52,547 bases of DNA, taken from the IMG/VR virus record IMGVR_UViG_3300021405_000017, positions 1 to 52,547 of that record, one strand, 5' to 3'. A program made the translations under genes and the position numbers. Positions 17,940 through 27,132 of this stretch are shown here, piece after piece; positions within the stretch are counted from its first letter, which is position 1, and the number at the start of each line of letters is the position of its first letter. The notes beneath the pieces are model-generated. The model was not told the origin of the DNA. It did not search any database and saw nothing but the letters and a program-made list of their open reading frames with translations. The DNA is from a virus (lineage: Duplodnaviria > Caudoviricetes).

Positions 17940-18966
17940 AAAGGAGGTTCTCCTCTGATTTGGCCGCAGAGGAGCGGCGAGGCGGTTCACCACCGTCCTC
18001 TGCGGCCGCATCCGGCGCGGGTGGTTGTGGCCCGGCGGGAGGGGGATTCTCCGCCGTTTGAGCCGCGCCGGAATCTAAGTTCGGGGATAGGTCAGTAGCG
18101 CCGGCTGCCCCGGCGAGCGCGTTCAGCTTCGAGGACAGGCCTTTCAGGGCAGGGCCTCGGTCGGCTTTCGGTTCTGGAAACAGCGTCTCGACTGTCGACT
18201 CGCCAGACTTGATCGCCTGCCGCATCGCGGTCAGCGTAATCAGATCGTCGAGGCCGACGTCCTCGATCCCCGGAACCTCAAGCGCGTTGAAGACGCGCTC
18301 GGGGGTAACGCCCCAGGCCGCGAAAGACCTGACCGCTACGTCCCGGCGCTCAGAGAGCGTCTTGACGTCGCCGGCGATCACCCGCTCGACCGACTGATAG
18401 GCTCGCCGCCAGATCGCCTTGGGCACGCCGCGCATGATCGCGTTGCGAAGCGCGATCGAACACGCGGCCTGGCCGGTCACCATGATTAAATCGTCGTCGT
18501 AAATCCGGCCATGCTTGTCGAAGATACGCCGGCGCACCCGTGACGTGGTGACGCGGCCCGTCTCCAAATCGTGGAAGACGCCCTCGGCCTCGACGAACTT
18601 TTCAATCCGATCGATGTGGATGACGCGGGAGGCGTCGCGGCAATTGCCCCATTGCGAGGCGACGATCTCGGCGAAACGTATGGACGGACCGCGAATCGCC
18701 TTTTTGCCGCGAGGCAGCGCATAGACGCATTCTTCCGCGGTCTCGTCGTCGAGCGTCGCCAGGCCCAGGATGTCGCTCATCACCTTCTTTTGCGATCGTG
18801 GATAGGCGTGCGCGGTATTGACCTGCTGATCGACCTCGGCGCGGCTGAGCGCGATCGCCAGGCTCATTTGGCTTTGCGCCGGACCGGCGTCGATCGTCGC
18901 CAGCGGGCCGAAGTCGTCCGTCTGTTCGAGATCCGTTTCGACGGGCTTAGCCATTGGCTTTTTCAT
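17938..18966 (-). CDS. Putative single-strand annealing/recombination protein
   Basis: DQQVNTAHAYPRS...YALPRG...GPSIRFAE..ASQWGN; adjacent to the YqaJ exonuclease. Function inferred from context. Confidence 0.6.
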   Translation of the reverse strand: MKKPMAKPVETDLEQTDDFGPLATIDAGPAQSQMSLAIALSRAEVDQQVNTAHAYPRSQKKVMSDILGLATLDDETAEECVYALPRGKKAIRGPSIRFAEIVASQWGNCRDASRVIHIDRIEKFVEAEGVFHDLETGRVTTSRVRRRIFDKHGRIYDDDLIMVTGQAACSIALRNAIMRGVPKAIWRRAYQSVERVIAGDVKTLSERRDVAVRSFAAWGVTPERVFNALEVPGIEDVGLDDLITLTAMRQAIKSGESTVETLFPEPKADRGPALKGLSSKLNALAGAAGATDLSPNLDSGAAQTAENPPPAGPQPPAPDAAAEDGGEPPRRSSAAKSEENLL

Positions 18967-19912
18967 GTTGCGCTGCCTTGATTGAGACTTGTCGCCAGAT
19001 GGACGCCTTCACCTGGTAGGCGCCGCGGCGGCGGGTCGGGGCGACGATCAGGCGCCCGTCAGGCAGCCGGCCGCGCTCGGCGAGCCCGAGCTTGGCGACA
19101 ATTTCCGTGTCGATGATTTTGCGCTCTTTGGCCGCCGCGGCTCCGTCATCCTCGCGCGCCTTGAACGCCTCGCGTTGCGTAACAAGGTCGAGGATGCGGT
19201 TGTCGGCGCGTAGGTCGACTTCGGTGTCTTCCGCCTCAGCGTAGAGGCGCGCGATTACATCGGCGTCGTCAGCGTAATGGGGTGGATAGGAATCGCCCTC
19301 CGCGACGCGGCGCCAGAAGTCGGCGGTGAGCTCGCGTAGTTTCACCATGATCGCTGACTCGATCGGTATCTCCTCGACGTGGGCCGTCCACTCCGACATT
19401 TCCAATACCGCCACCGCGGCCCATGTGGCGCCGGTCAGAGAGGCCTCAACAATCGCCTGGACGGCGATCCAAAGCGGGACTTCAATTTCGCCACCCGCCT
19501 GCCAAGTGCGGCGGAAGGCCTCGCCCGCGGTTTTCACCTGCAGAACGCCCAACCCTTCGATGTCAGGACAGGTGACGAAGGCGTCGGGCGTGGCGCCGAT
19601 CCGGGCCACTGGATCGCGGTAGTAATGATCGCCAGGAACGATCGTCCAATCAGGGTAGGTTTCCGCGACCATGTTGAGGACGACGTGCTCGAGGTCGCGC
19701 CCGCGCCGCATCGCCGGCGTCTCATGGACGCGCTCTTCGACGCGCCCGCTCTTAACGGCCCACAACTCGAAGGCGGATTTGTAGGGATGGATCGCATCGG
19801 CGAGCAAAGCCGCGATTTCAGATGCGGTGACATCCTGCCGACGCCATTTGAGCCACTCGGCGTGATCGGTGATCGGCCGCTTTTCGATTGTCTGCTCGGC
19901 GAACGCGTTCAT
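18947..19912 (-). CDS. YqaJ/lambda-exonuclease family viral recombinase nuclease
   Basis: EWLKWRR..VTASE, RGRDLE, IGATPDA, VLQVKT, AVQ motifs. Confidence 0.85.
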   Translation of the reverse strand: MNAFAEQTIEKRPITDHAEWLKWRRQDVTASEIAALLADAIHPYKSAFELWAVKSGRVEERVHETPAMRRGRDLEHVVLNMVAETYPDWTIVPGDHYYRDPVARIGATPDAFVTCPDIEGLGVLQVKTAGEAFRRTWQAGGEIEVPLWIAVQAIVEASLTGATWAAVAVLEMSEWTAHVEEIPIESAIMVKLRELTADFWRRVAEGDSYPPHYADDADVIARLYAEAEDTEVDLRADNRILDLVTQREAFKAREDDGAAAAKERKIIDTEIVAKLGLAERGRLPDGRLIVAPTRRRGAYQVKASIWRQVSIKAAQHEKANG

Positions 19913-20178
19913 GCGTTCCCCGTCTGGTCAGGCTGGCCTTCGAACCGCGCGATTTGCTCCTTGAGCATCGTCACGATGTCCGCGCGGCTGGCGCCGTTGC
20001 TGATGTAATTCACGCGCCCGTCATCGGCGCCGAAAGGAAAGACCATCAAGATGAAGCCGACCTTGCGCTCCTTGCCCTTAGCTACGCCGTTGAACGCCTC
20101 GTCAAGCGCGCCGGCGACCGCGTTCATCGTATCGCGGTAGGTCTCCTCGATCGGCGCGTCGCCCAGCCGCTCAGTCAT
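19909..20178 (-). CDS. Conserved phage hypothetical protein
   Basis: GFILMVFPFG..GRVNYISNG.RADIV.MLKE. Confidence 0.7.
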   Translation of the reverse strand: MTERLGDAPIEETYRDTMNAVAGALDEAFNGVAKGKERKVGFILMVFPFGADDGRVNYISNGASRADIVTMLKEQIARFEGQPDQTGNA

Positions 20179-20366
20179 GGCGTCCTCGCCAAGGTGATAG
20201 GCGCCTTGCGCCGGGTGCGATGGTGCAGCACGCGCGGGTGCTTCCACGGATTGTCGTCGCGGCGCCTGTTCGACAACGTGCACGCGCAAGCCCGACACAT
20301 GCCCGTCTTGCCGGTTCCCTTGGTCGGCCTTTCGCAGCGTGGACATCTCAGCTCAAGTTCGGTCAT
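20175..20366 (-). CDS. Small zinc-finger protein
   Basis: CPRC...CRAC; ATGA overlaps. Confidence 0.5.
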   Translation of the reverse strand: MTELELRCPRCERPTKGTGKTGMCRACACTLSNRRRDDNPWKHPRVLHHRTRRKAPITLARTP

Positions 20367-20704
20367 GGCGCCCGTTCTCGTTCGCTGTCCGTTCCGATCC
20401 GCGAATCGTCGGCGCGCCCATGGCCCGCGTCATCCGGCAAGGGCGCCCGGGCCTTGTCCCCCGGATTGTTTGCCTCAGCCCCGTTCGGCTGCCGGCGCTG
20501 AATGTTGCGCATCTCGTTGACGAACATCCGGAACGTCTCGGCGAGTTCAGGATCCGCGCCGGATTGCGCCGCCTGAATCTGGGCCGCGGTCAGGCCAACG
20601 AGCGCCTCGCCGGACGTCTTGCGCTCATGCGCGCGACACTGCGTTGCGGTTGGGAAGTCGCGGCCATCGCGGGCGACATAGACAGTGCGTTGCTCGGCCT
20701 TCAT
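20363..20704 (-). CDS. Hypothetical protein
   Basis: YVARDGRDFPT...CRAHE; ATGA overlaps. Confidence 0.6.
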   Translation of the reverse strand: MKAEQRTVYVARDGRDFPTATQCRAHERKTSGEALVGLTAAQIQAAQSGADPELAETFRMFVNEMRNIQRRQPNGAEANNPGDKARAPLPDDAGHGRADDSRIGTDSERERAP

Positions 20705-20919
20705 CGGACCAGCGTCGCTCCCTTCAACTGCCGGCCTACGTCGTCACTCATGAGGTCGATCGACCGGGCGGTTTCGCGGTGCGCCTCAGCGATACGAAGG
20801 CTTGCTTCCTCAATCGTGTTCGCAAGCTCCATCAACGCCTCACAAATCGTAACGTCGCGGCTATCGGTGCCCTTCATGACTTCGCGCCTGGCTTCCTGCG
20901 CTTCGCTCAGTGTCCGCAT
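20701..20919 (-). CDS. Hypothetical protein
   Basis: AGGAGG RBS. Confidence 0.6.
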   Translation of the reverse strand: MRTLSEAQEARREVMKGTDSRDVTICEALMELANTIEEASLRIAEAHRETARSIDLMSDDVGRQLKGATLVR

Positions 20920-20940
20920 TGGTTCCTCCTAGAAGTGCTT

Positions 20941-21028
20941 GCCGGTCCGGCCGCGCCACGTCCCGCCGCGCCATACCCAGCCGGATCAGACCGAGCCTCG
21001 CCGCGCCTCGCCGGCCTTACCTCGCCAT
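20941..21028 (-). ncRNA. Solo GGY-NN unit (array 4)
   Basis: 13 pentamers between 4-nt steps at 20941 and 21010; intergenic. Confidence 0.75.
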
Positions 21029-21034
21029 AGTTCT

Positions 21035-21385
21035 TCATGACCAAACGATGCGCTCGAACAGCACCGCCGGGCCGGCAATCCAGGGCAACGTTTCCGCGAT
21101 CTTGACGTTCTGGTAGAGCAGCGCGTTGCGCCGGTAGATGATGGTAGCGGCCTCGTTACGCGGCAGGCCCCTGTCATGGCCCATCTCGTCGACGAACATG
21201 TCCGCCCTCTTGAAGGCGAGGCCGCCATTGAAGTCAGCGAGCACACTGACGTGCTCGCAGTGCTCGCAGCCGATCAGGAGCTGCATCAGCCCGTTGATCT
21301 CGCGATAGGCCGGCCGCTCCGGCAGTTCGAACGTCCGCGTCTCGCTCGACTCGTCGGGCTTTAGGACGAGAAGCTTAGTTTCCAT
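21035..21385 (-). CDS. DUF3846-like hypothetical protein
   Basis: MFVDEMG...LPRNEAAT.IY...IAGPAVLF. Confidence 0.65.
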   Translation of the reverse strand: METKLLVLKPDESSETRTFELPERPAYREINGLMQLLIGCEHCEHVSVLADFNGGLAFKRADMFVDEMGHDRGLPRNEAATIIYRRNALLYQNVKIAETLPWIAGPAVLFERIVWS

Positions 21386-21575
21386 CGGCGGGCGCCTCTT
21401 GCTCAATGATGTCGAAGCGCTCGAACAGTTCGACCGCGACGTCCTGCACGTCGATGACCAGCGGTCCTGAGCCGCCGGATGGGACGACAAACGTGTTGCC
21501 CTCGCGCTCGCCGCCGTCGCCGAGGGCCTCGAAGATCGCGTCCATGAGGGCCTTCATGCTTGCCGGCTGTTTCAT
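21375..21575 (-). CDS. Hypothetical protein
   Basis: Coupled ORF in the early left operon. Confidence 0.5.
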   Translation of the reverse strand: MKQPASMKALMDAIFEALGDGGEREGNTFVVPSGGSGPLVIDVQDVAVELFERFDIIEQEAPADGN

Positions 21576-21751
21576 GCGGCGCTCACCCGCCCGATCGTCA
21601 TCGCCGCAAACCATGGCTCGCCGTCAGGGCCGGTGAATGTCGCCTTCCACTGAAACGGAACCGGGATGCTTCCATCCTGGATCGCGAGATTGATCTCGAA
21701 TTCAAGCTCGGCGAGCGCCGCTTCCATGTCGGCCTTGCGTTCCTCGCTCAT
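21572..21751 (-). CDS. Hypothetical protein (59 aa, below ORF-track cutoff)
   Basis: MSEERKADMEAALAELEFEINLAIQDG...; ATGA overlaps on both sides. Confidence 0.55.
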   Translation of the reverse strand: MSEERKADMEAALAELEFEINLAIQDGSIPVPFQWKATFTGPDGEPWFAAMTIGRVSAA

Positions 21752-22362
21752 GCCCGCACCCGGGTGGAGAGCGCTGCTTTTTCAACCGCGGTCAAATCCC
21801 ACTGGCAGACCACCAGCCACAAATCGCCCTGGCCGATGCGGCGCAGGAGCAACGGATCGTTCGGCGGCGCCTTGGTCCACTCGGCTTCCCACAAAGTGCA
21901 ATAGTTCTGCAGGCCGCGCTTCGGCCGCAGATGCAAGGGCGGCGTTGGAACGAGCGCGGTCGCGCCCCACGGGCGCCGGCCGGCGAGAACCGGGAACGAG
22001 CCGGCCGGCCAAGAGATGACCGAGCGCGATTCCATCGGCGTCCAGGACGGGCGGCGATAGCGTACCGAAGCGTTATCGGCGGCCATCGTCGCCGCGCCGT
22101 CATGATTGAAGCGCAGCACGCAAGCGACCGCGTCGGCGCGGCATAGCGCCAGCTTCGGAAAGCCGACGCCTGGGCCCTCGGTGAAGACGCCGGCTTGCTG
22201 GACGGATGCCAGCGCCTGAATGACCATCCTGCCCGCGGCGATGAGTTGGTACGTTCGGCGCACTTCCCAATCGATGGGCTTCGACCAGTGGGCGTGTTTC
22301 TTGTATTCCCGGTAGAGCTGCCGGGCCTTGCTGCGGTCGAGTTCGACGGATAAGGTTTGCAT
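21748..22362 (-). CDS. Conserved phage hypothetical protein
   Basis: ALVPTPP..RP....Y.TLWEAEW..APP.DPLLLRR...W.V..QWDLT; first gene of the leftward early operon. Confidence 0.7.
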   Translation of the reverse strand: MQTLSVELDRSKARQLYREYKKHAHWSKPIDWEVRRTYQLIAAGRMVIQALASVQQAGVFTEGPGVGFPKLALCRADAVACVLRFNHDGAATMAADNASVRYRRPSWTPMESRSVISWPAGSFPVLAGRRPWGATALVPTPPLHLRPKRGLQNYCTLWEAEWTKAPPNDPLLLRRIGQGDLWLVVCQWDLTAVEKAALSTRVRA

Positions 22363-22382
22363 GGAGACCACCCTCCACGCTC

Positions 22383-22412
22383 ATTAGTTGGCTACAAAGC
22401 AACCTTTGTCAA
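22383..22412 (-). promoter_or_regulatory. P_L-like promoter with operator
   Basis: TTGACA-N18-ACTAAT; operator GTTGGCTACAAAGCAAC at 22387-22403. Confidence 0.75.
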
Positions 22413-22454
22413 TGGGCGCCGAGGCCAGATTGATCCGCACTTGTTTTTTTACGC

Positions 22455-22832
22455 CTAGGGCGCCTTGGCGCCGACCAGCGCTTCGAGCGCCGTGAAATAA
22501 CGCTCGCGTTCTTCGGGCGACAGGCCGGCGAGCAGAGCGTCGGCGGACCTTGCTTCCGGCGGGGTAAAGAATTGCGCCGGGGTAATATTGAGCGCCCGCA
22601 TCAATCGGAATTGAACTAGTAGACTTAGGGTTCGCTCGCCGCGTTCATAGCGGGAGACCTCGCCTTTGCTTGTCTTGAGCGCTTCGGCGAGATCTTCTTG
22701 CGTCATACCGCGTTTCTGTCGCCATTCCTTCAAATAATGACGAAAGATCTCGATCTTCTCGGCCTCACCCGAGGACGAGCCGATATAGACCTTGGTCCGC
22801 CGACGTGGCTTGCGCGGTTTTGAGGTTGCCAT
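22455..22832 (-). CDS. CI-like XRE helix-turn-helix repressor
   Basis: LKEWRQKRGMTQEDLAEAL..SKGEVSRYERGER; divergent from the Cro-like gene; operator GTTGCCATAAAGGCAAC (22825-22841) overlaps its start. Confidence 0.85.
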   Translation of the reverse strand: MATSKPRKPRRRTKVYIGSSSGEAEKIEIFRHYLKEWRQKRGMTQEDLAEALKTSKGEVSRYERGERTLSLLVQFRLMRALNITPAQFFTPPEARSADALLAGLSPEERERYFTALEALVGAKAP

Positions 22833-22945
22833 AAAGGCAACTTTACCACGAGTCGCAGCCAGTAGTTAAGCCACCTAGGCCTGTAAAAACCCGACAAAGT
22901 TGTCTAGGTGAAATTACCCAGAAGCGGCGCGGGGCCCATTGCCCC

Positions 22946-22980
22946 TTGACGGCTTGTTGCCTCTAAAGCAACCTAGGATA
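22946..22980 (+). promoter_or_regulatory. P_R-like promoter with operator; probably leaderless mRNA
   Basis: TTGACG-N17-CAACCT then ATG at 22980; operator GTTGCCTCTAAAGCAAC at 22956-22972; no SD sequence. Confidence 0.6.
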
Positions 22981-23234
22981 TGGCCAAGTTTCATCGCGCT
23001 GAGCTTAAGGACGCCCGCGTTCAGGCTGGCCTCACTCAAAGCCAGCTCGCGTTGCACATCGGCATGACCAAGAACTTCGTCACGGAAGTCGAGAACGGCC
23101 ATCGCAATCCTGGCTATCGCACCATGATCGCGTGGACGCGGGCGCTCGGGAAGTATGGCTCGCTTGAATTGTTCAGGCAGATCAGCCCGAAAACCGCATC
23201 CGGAAAGAAAGCCTCAGCCGCCGGGGTGGCCTGA
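22980..23234 (+). CDS. Cro-like XRE HTH regulator
   Basis: LKDARVQAGLTQSQLA..IGMTKNFVTEVENG..NP. Confidence 0.85.
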   Translation: MAKFHRAELKDARVQAGLTQSQLALHIGMTKNFVTEVENGHRNPGYRTMIAWTRALGKYGSLELFRQISPKTASGKKASAAGVA

Positions 23235-23235
23235 A

Positions 23236-23658
23236 ATGCCGCGCCCGGCGCTCGCCTTAGGCCAACGCGATCTGTTTACGCGGCGCGTGCGCAAGCCGCC
23301 GCCGGCGCCAGAGTTCGCCCTTCACTGCATGGTCGCCGATATTCTCAACCGGTGGATCATGCCCGGCTGGCGGTTCTCGCATTTCCCGGCCGGCGAACTC
23401 CGCAACAAGGTCACCGCCGGCCGGCTCAAGCGCATGGGCCTCGCCCGCGGCTGGGCCGATTTGATCCTGCTTTCGCCGGCCGCGCTCGCGCATTTCTTGG
23501 AGCTCAAACGGCGCGGCGAGACGCTATCCGACGATCAGGAGGACTTCGAAAGCTACTGCCTGGCGCATGGCTATCCGCACGCTTGGACCGACAGCTTCGA
23601 CGTGGCCCTCGCCATCCTCAAGCGCTGGGGCGCGCTGAGAACGGGGATCAGCGCATGA
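23236..23658 (+). CDS. VRR-NUC domain nuclease
   Basis: LKRMG..RGWADL...FLELKRRG..LSDDQ. Confidence 0.8.
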   Translation: MPRPALALGQRDLFTRRVRKPPPAPEFALHCMVADILNRWIMPGWRFSHFPAGELRNKVTAGRLKRMGLARGWADLILLSPAALAHFLELKRRGETLSDDQEDFESYCLAHGYPHAWTDSFDVALAILKRWGALRTGISA

Positions 23659-24053
23659 GCTTTGATCTCCTCGAGGCGCTCACCGAACAGGCGGCCAAGC
23701 GCGAGGGCGTGCCGCGGGCCGAAGCCCGGCCGGCGGTCGAAGAGGCCGCGGAGGTTCTGGAATGGCGGATAGGCCGCGAGCCGCCGCGAGGCCGCGTGTT
23801 GCGATTGGCGGCGCTCCTGATCCATCCGCACGCGCGCCGCAAGTACCGCAACGTCCTGGTTGAGATCGACGAGATCGAGCTCGACGGCGATGACGGCGGC
23901 AAGATCCCGAGCATCGCCGTCACCTGCACCAAGTGCCGCGAAAGCGTCGAGATTTACGGCCGGCACGAGGCCTCGATCATCCGCGGCTGCGCCACTCTGG
24001 CCGACGACTGCGGCGAGTGGAATTTCTACGTCTACGACGAGGCGGTCGCGTGA
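23655..24053 (+). CDS. Hypothetical protein (Cys-containing)
   Basis: ATGA-coupled; CTKC...C...C. Confidence 0.55.
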   Translation: MSFDLLEALTEQAAKREGVPRAEARPAVEEAAEVLEWRIGREPPRGRVLRLAALLIHPHARRKYRNVLVEIDEIELDGDDGGKIPSIAVTCTKCRESVEIYGRHEASIIRGCATLADDCGEWNFYVYDEAVA

Positions 24054-25054
24054 CGGATGAACCCGAGTCCGACGACAAGCGCCAGAGAGGAAACGTCATG
24101 CCATTCGTCAGACCTAAGGAGGACGCGCGTTCATTCGAAACCACGCAGATGGAGACCAAGCTCTTAAGCCTTGGTGAAATGTACTCTTGGACCTTGCCGG
24201 CGTTTCAGCGCGATGAAGTGCAGACGAAAAAGGTCATTGAGTTTGCCGAGGAACTCAGAACCAACGGCGGCGTAGTGGCCGGCGTGATCCTGCTCGGGAT
24301 GCTGCGAGCGGCCGAGGAGTCTGTTGTTTATCTGGTTGACGGACAGCAGCGCCGCAATGCGTGTCAAATATCCGGTCTGTCCGAATTCATCGCTGACGTC
24401 TGCCTCAAACGCTACGACTCGATGGCGGACATGGCGGAAGATTTCAAGCGCGTGAACGCCCGGCTCGTTCCCTTCAAGCCGGACGATTTACTACGCGCCT
24501 GCGAGCTGTCGCATCAGTTTCTAAAGGAGTTGCGCGACCGTTGTCCCTTCATCGGATACGGCAACATTCGCCGATATGAGGATCGGTCGCCGACCTTGAG
24601 CGTCTCGATCGCGCTCAAATGCTGGTTCGGATCAGGCCAACCGACTCCAGGCGCGCAAGGTCAGGCCGTCGGGCTCCTCGATCAGCTCGACGACATTCAA
24701 TCCCAGAATCTGTCGGTCTTTCTGATCATGGCGCACAAAGCATGGGGAAGCGATCGGCAATACGGCCGCCTGTGGGCGAACCTCAATCTGACGATGTGCA
24801 TGTACTTGTATCGCAAGCTGGTGCTCGACCCGAGCAATCGGCGCGCGCCTTTGCCGAAGGAGATGTTCGGCAAAGCTCTCATGTCGGTTTCCGCCAACGG
24901 CCCTTATATCGACTGGCTGTCAGGCCGCAGCATTAGCGAGCGCGATCGTTCGCCCTGCTACAAGCGCTTGAAGAGCATCTTCGTTGAGCGGCTGACGCAG
25001 GAATACAACGGCAAGCTCTTTAAGCTGCCAAGTCCGGATTGGGCATCCAGTTGA
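24050..25054 (+). CDS. ParB-superfamily DGQQR/DUF262-like domain protein
   Basis: LPAFQR and YLVDGQQR motifs. Confidence 0.7.
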   Translation: MTDEPESDDKRQRGNVMPFVRPKEDARSFETTQMETKLLSLGEMYSWTLPAFQRDEVQTKKVIEFAEELRTNGGVVAGVILLGMLRAAEESVVYLVDGQQRRNACQISGLSEFIADVCLKRYDSMADMAEDFKRVNARLVPFKPDDLLRACELSHQFLKELRDRCPFIGYGNIRRYEDRSPTLSVSIALKCWFGSGQPTPGAQGQAVGLLDQLDDIQSQNLSVFLIMAHKAWGSDRQYGRLWANLNLTMCMYLYRKLVLDPSNRRAPLPKEMFGKALMSVSANGPYIDWLSGRSISERDRSPCYKRLKSIFVERLTQEYNGKLFKLPSPDWASS

Positions 25055-25800
25055 GCGCCGATCCCGCCCAGCCGCCGCGATCGCGAGGCGTTGGAAAAAC
25101 CGATCATTCGTGGATCAAGCACGGGATGGCCGCAAGCGCCGTCGGCGCTCAGGTCGCCGCATTCCGCCGGCTTTTTCCGGATGCGCGGATGGCGCTTATC
25201 GACGGCAACGCCGGCGACGGCGTCGGCGTCGAAACCGGGCAGGCCGATCTGTTCGACGGCGTGCGGCAGTCGCGGCCGACGCCGCGCTTACTGGCTGATC
25301 TGGCGAGAAAGCATAACGCGACGCTGTGTCTGTGCGAGTGCGATCGAGTCAAGCGGAAGATGCTGATCGAAGGATTTCCCGCCGCGACCGTCGTTTCGAG
25401 CCATCGCGAGGCGGCGGCTTTCGCCCTCAAGGGCTTCAATTATGCGCTGTGGCTCTCCGATCCGTGCGGTTATGCCGGGCATGGCGTCGAGCACATGCGC
25501 ACGGTCGCTGACATTTTTCACAGCGACTTCATCATCATTTTGAATGAGCTGGCTTTGGAGCGCGTTCGCGGCGCGAGGGGTTCGCCGCATTGGCTTCCGC
25601 ATCAGAAGTACACTCCGATGTTACAGCCTTCGTGGTGGCTGCAACAGCTCCCGAAGCGCTATCTCGCGCGCTCGCCGCTGATCAACCAATCTCCCGGATT
25701 TCACTTCCGATTGTTGGTCGCCAGCAACTTCCTGACCGATGGCGTCAAGCGGATGCGCAAGGTCGAAATCATCACGCGACAACAGGAGGGGCGAAGATAA
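25051..25800 (+). CDS. TcmP-like (three-Cys-motif partner) SAM-dependent methyltransferase-fold protein
   Basis: IDGNAGDG, LCECD, WLSDPCG; directly upstream of a DUF5131 gene. Confidence 0.6.
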   Translation: MSADPAQPPRSRGVGKTDHSWIKHGMAASAVGAQVAAFRRLFPDARMALIDGNAGDGVGVETGQADLFDGVRQSRPTPRLLADLARKHNATLCLCECDRVKRKMLIEGFPAATVVSSHREAAAFALKGFNYALWLSDPCGYAGHGVEHMRTVADIFHSDFIIILNELALERVRGARGSPHWLPHQKYTPMLQPSWWLQQLPKRYLARSPLINQSPGFHFRLLVASNFLTDGVKRMRKVEIITRQQEGRR

Positions 25801-27132
25801 ATGACCGAACTGACTCGCTACCAGGTTACCGAGCGCGCGCTGGCGTCCGCCAAGACGATCAATGAAGTGAGCGAAGTGTGCAGCTATTACGACGGCATCG
25901 CTAAAGCAGCGCGCGGCCTTGAAGACCGGGAGGCCGAGATCGAGGCGGCCGAGCTTTCCATCCGGGCAAAACGCAAGCTCGGTCAATTGATCATCGCCGC
26001 GGGCAAGGCGGGCGCGCTGGCGAAGGGAGGCGGCGATCAGCGGCCAAACCACCGGGTTAAAAATAACCCAGTGACGCCGACCCTTGCCAGCGCTCACGTC
26101 GACAAGAACCTCGCCAACAGCGCGCGTAAGCTCGGCAAGCTTGAGCCTGAGGAATTCGATCGCGGGTTTGAGGCATGGCGCAAATCGATCAACGGCGGCG
26201 GCGAGCGCATTTCAGCCAAGCTGCCAGAGGTTCCGCGGGAAGCGCGCGGACCATCTAAGCGACGCGCCGATAACATCTCGCTTAAGACCTGGGAGCAGAT
26301 GAGCGCGGAAGAGCGGCGCGAGTGCCTCGACCCGGCGAACTATCCCAGCGATGCTCCCATGAATAAGCAAGACGGCCCTGGCATCGAGTGGGCGCAGAAA
26401 AGCTGGAACCCGATTGTCGGCTGCAAGCATGACTGCCCCTATTGCTACGCGCGCGATATCGCGACCCGCTATCCCGACGCGTTCCCGCACGGCTTTGAGC
26501 CTGCGTTCCGCCCTTACATGCTCAACGCCCCGCGCAACACGCCGCTCCCGAAGGAAGCGATGTTCGACGCGCGGTTCAGCCATGTCTTCGCGGGGTCGAT
26601 GACGGATTGGTTTGGAAGGTGGGTGCCGCCCGAGTGGATCGAGGCGGTGCTCGCGACCATGCGCGACAATCAGATTTGGCAATTTCTATGCTTGACGAAA
26701 TTCCCGAAGCGCATGGCTGAATTTGATCTGCCGCCGAACATGTGGGCGGGCACCACGGTCGATCTCCAGGCGCGCGTCGCCAACGCAGAAGCGGCCTTTG
26801 CAAAGCTCGCGGCGAAAAACCCAACCGGCGTTCGCTGGCTTTCGATCGAGCCCCTACTCGAACCGCTCAAGTTCAAACAGCTTGATCTATTCAAGTGGGT
26901 GGTCATCGGCGGCGCTTCCAAATCCAGCAAGACGCCAGCGTTCCAGCCGCCGTTTCCGTGGATCATTGATATCTACGCCCAAGCCAAGGCTGCGGGCTGT
27001 CAAGTCTACATGAAGACGAATCTCCTCGGCAATCGGGTGCTCGAATTGCCCTTCGACGCGCCGATCAAGAAAGACCCGACAGAAGCGGAGAATGTCTTTC
27101 ATTATCTGGGGAGGGCCAAAGATGCCGAGTAG
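25801..27132 (+). CDS. DUF5131 (Gp37/Gp68) radical-SAM-like protein with N-terminal extension
   Basis: IEWAQKSWNPIVGCKHDCPYCYA, SMTDWF, LTKFP, LSIEPLL, WVVIGGAS. Confidence 0.85.
   Translation: MTELTRYQVTERALASAKTINEVSEVCSYYDGIAKAARGLEDREAEIEAAELSIRAKRKLGQLIIAAGKAGALAKGGGDQRPNHRVKNNPVTPTLASAHVDKNLANSARKLGKLEPEEFDRGFEAWRKSINGGGERISAKLPEVPREARGPSKRRADNISLKTWEQMSAEERRECLDPANYPSDAPMNKQDGPGIEWAQKSWNPIVGCKHDCPYCYARDIATRYPDAFPHGFEPAFRPYMLNAPRNTPLPKEAMFDARFSHVFAGSMTDWFGRWVPPEWIEAVLATMRDNQIWQFLCLTKFPKRMAEFDLPPNMWAGTTVDLQARVANAEAAFAKLAAKNPTGVRWLSIEPLLEPLKFKQLDLFKWVVIGGASKSSKTPAFQPPFPWIIDIYAQAKAAGCQVYMKTNLLGNRVLELPFDAPIKKDPTEAENVFHYLGRAKDAE

Noticed and set aside
13251-17958. Many long Arg/Ala/Gly/Pro-rich ORFs (ARQG/PRLA-type) across the arrays
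   Set aside because: Artefacts of a stop-poor 5-nt periodic GC-rich repeat. They are open in many frames on both strands, have no RBS, and the 5-nt period is not codon-based.
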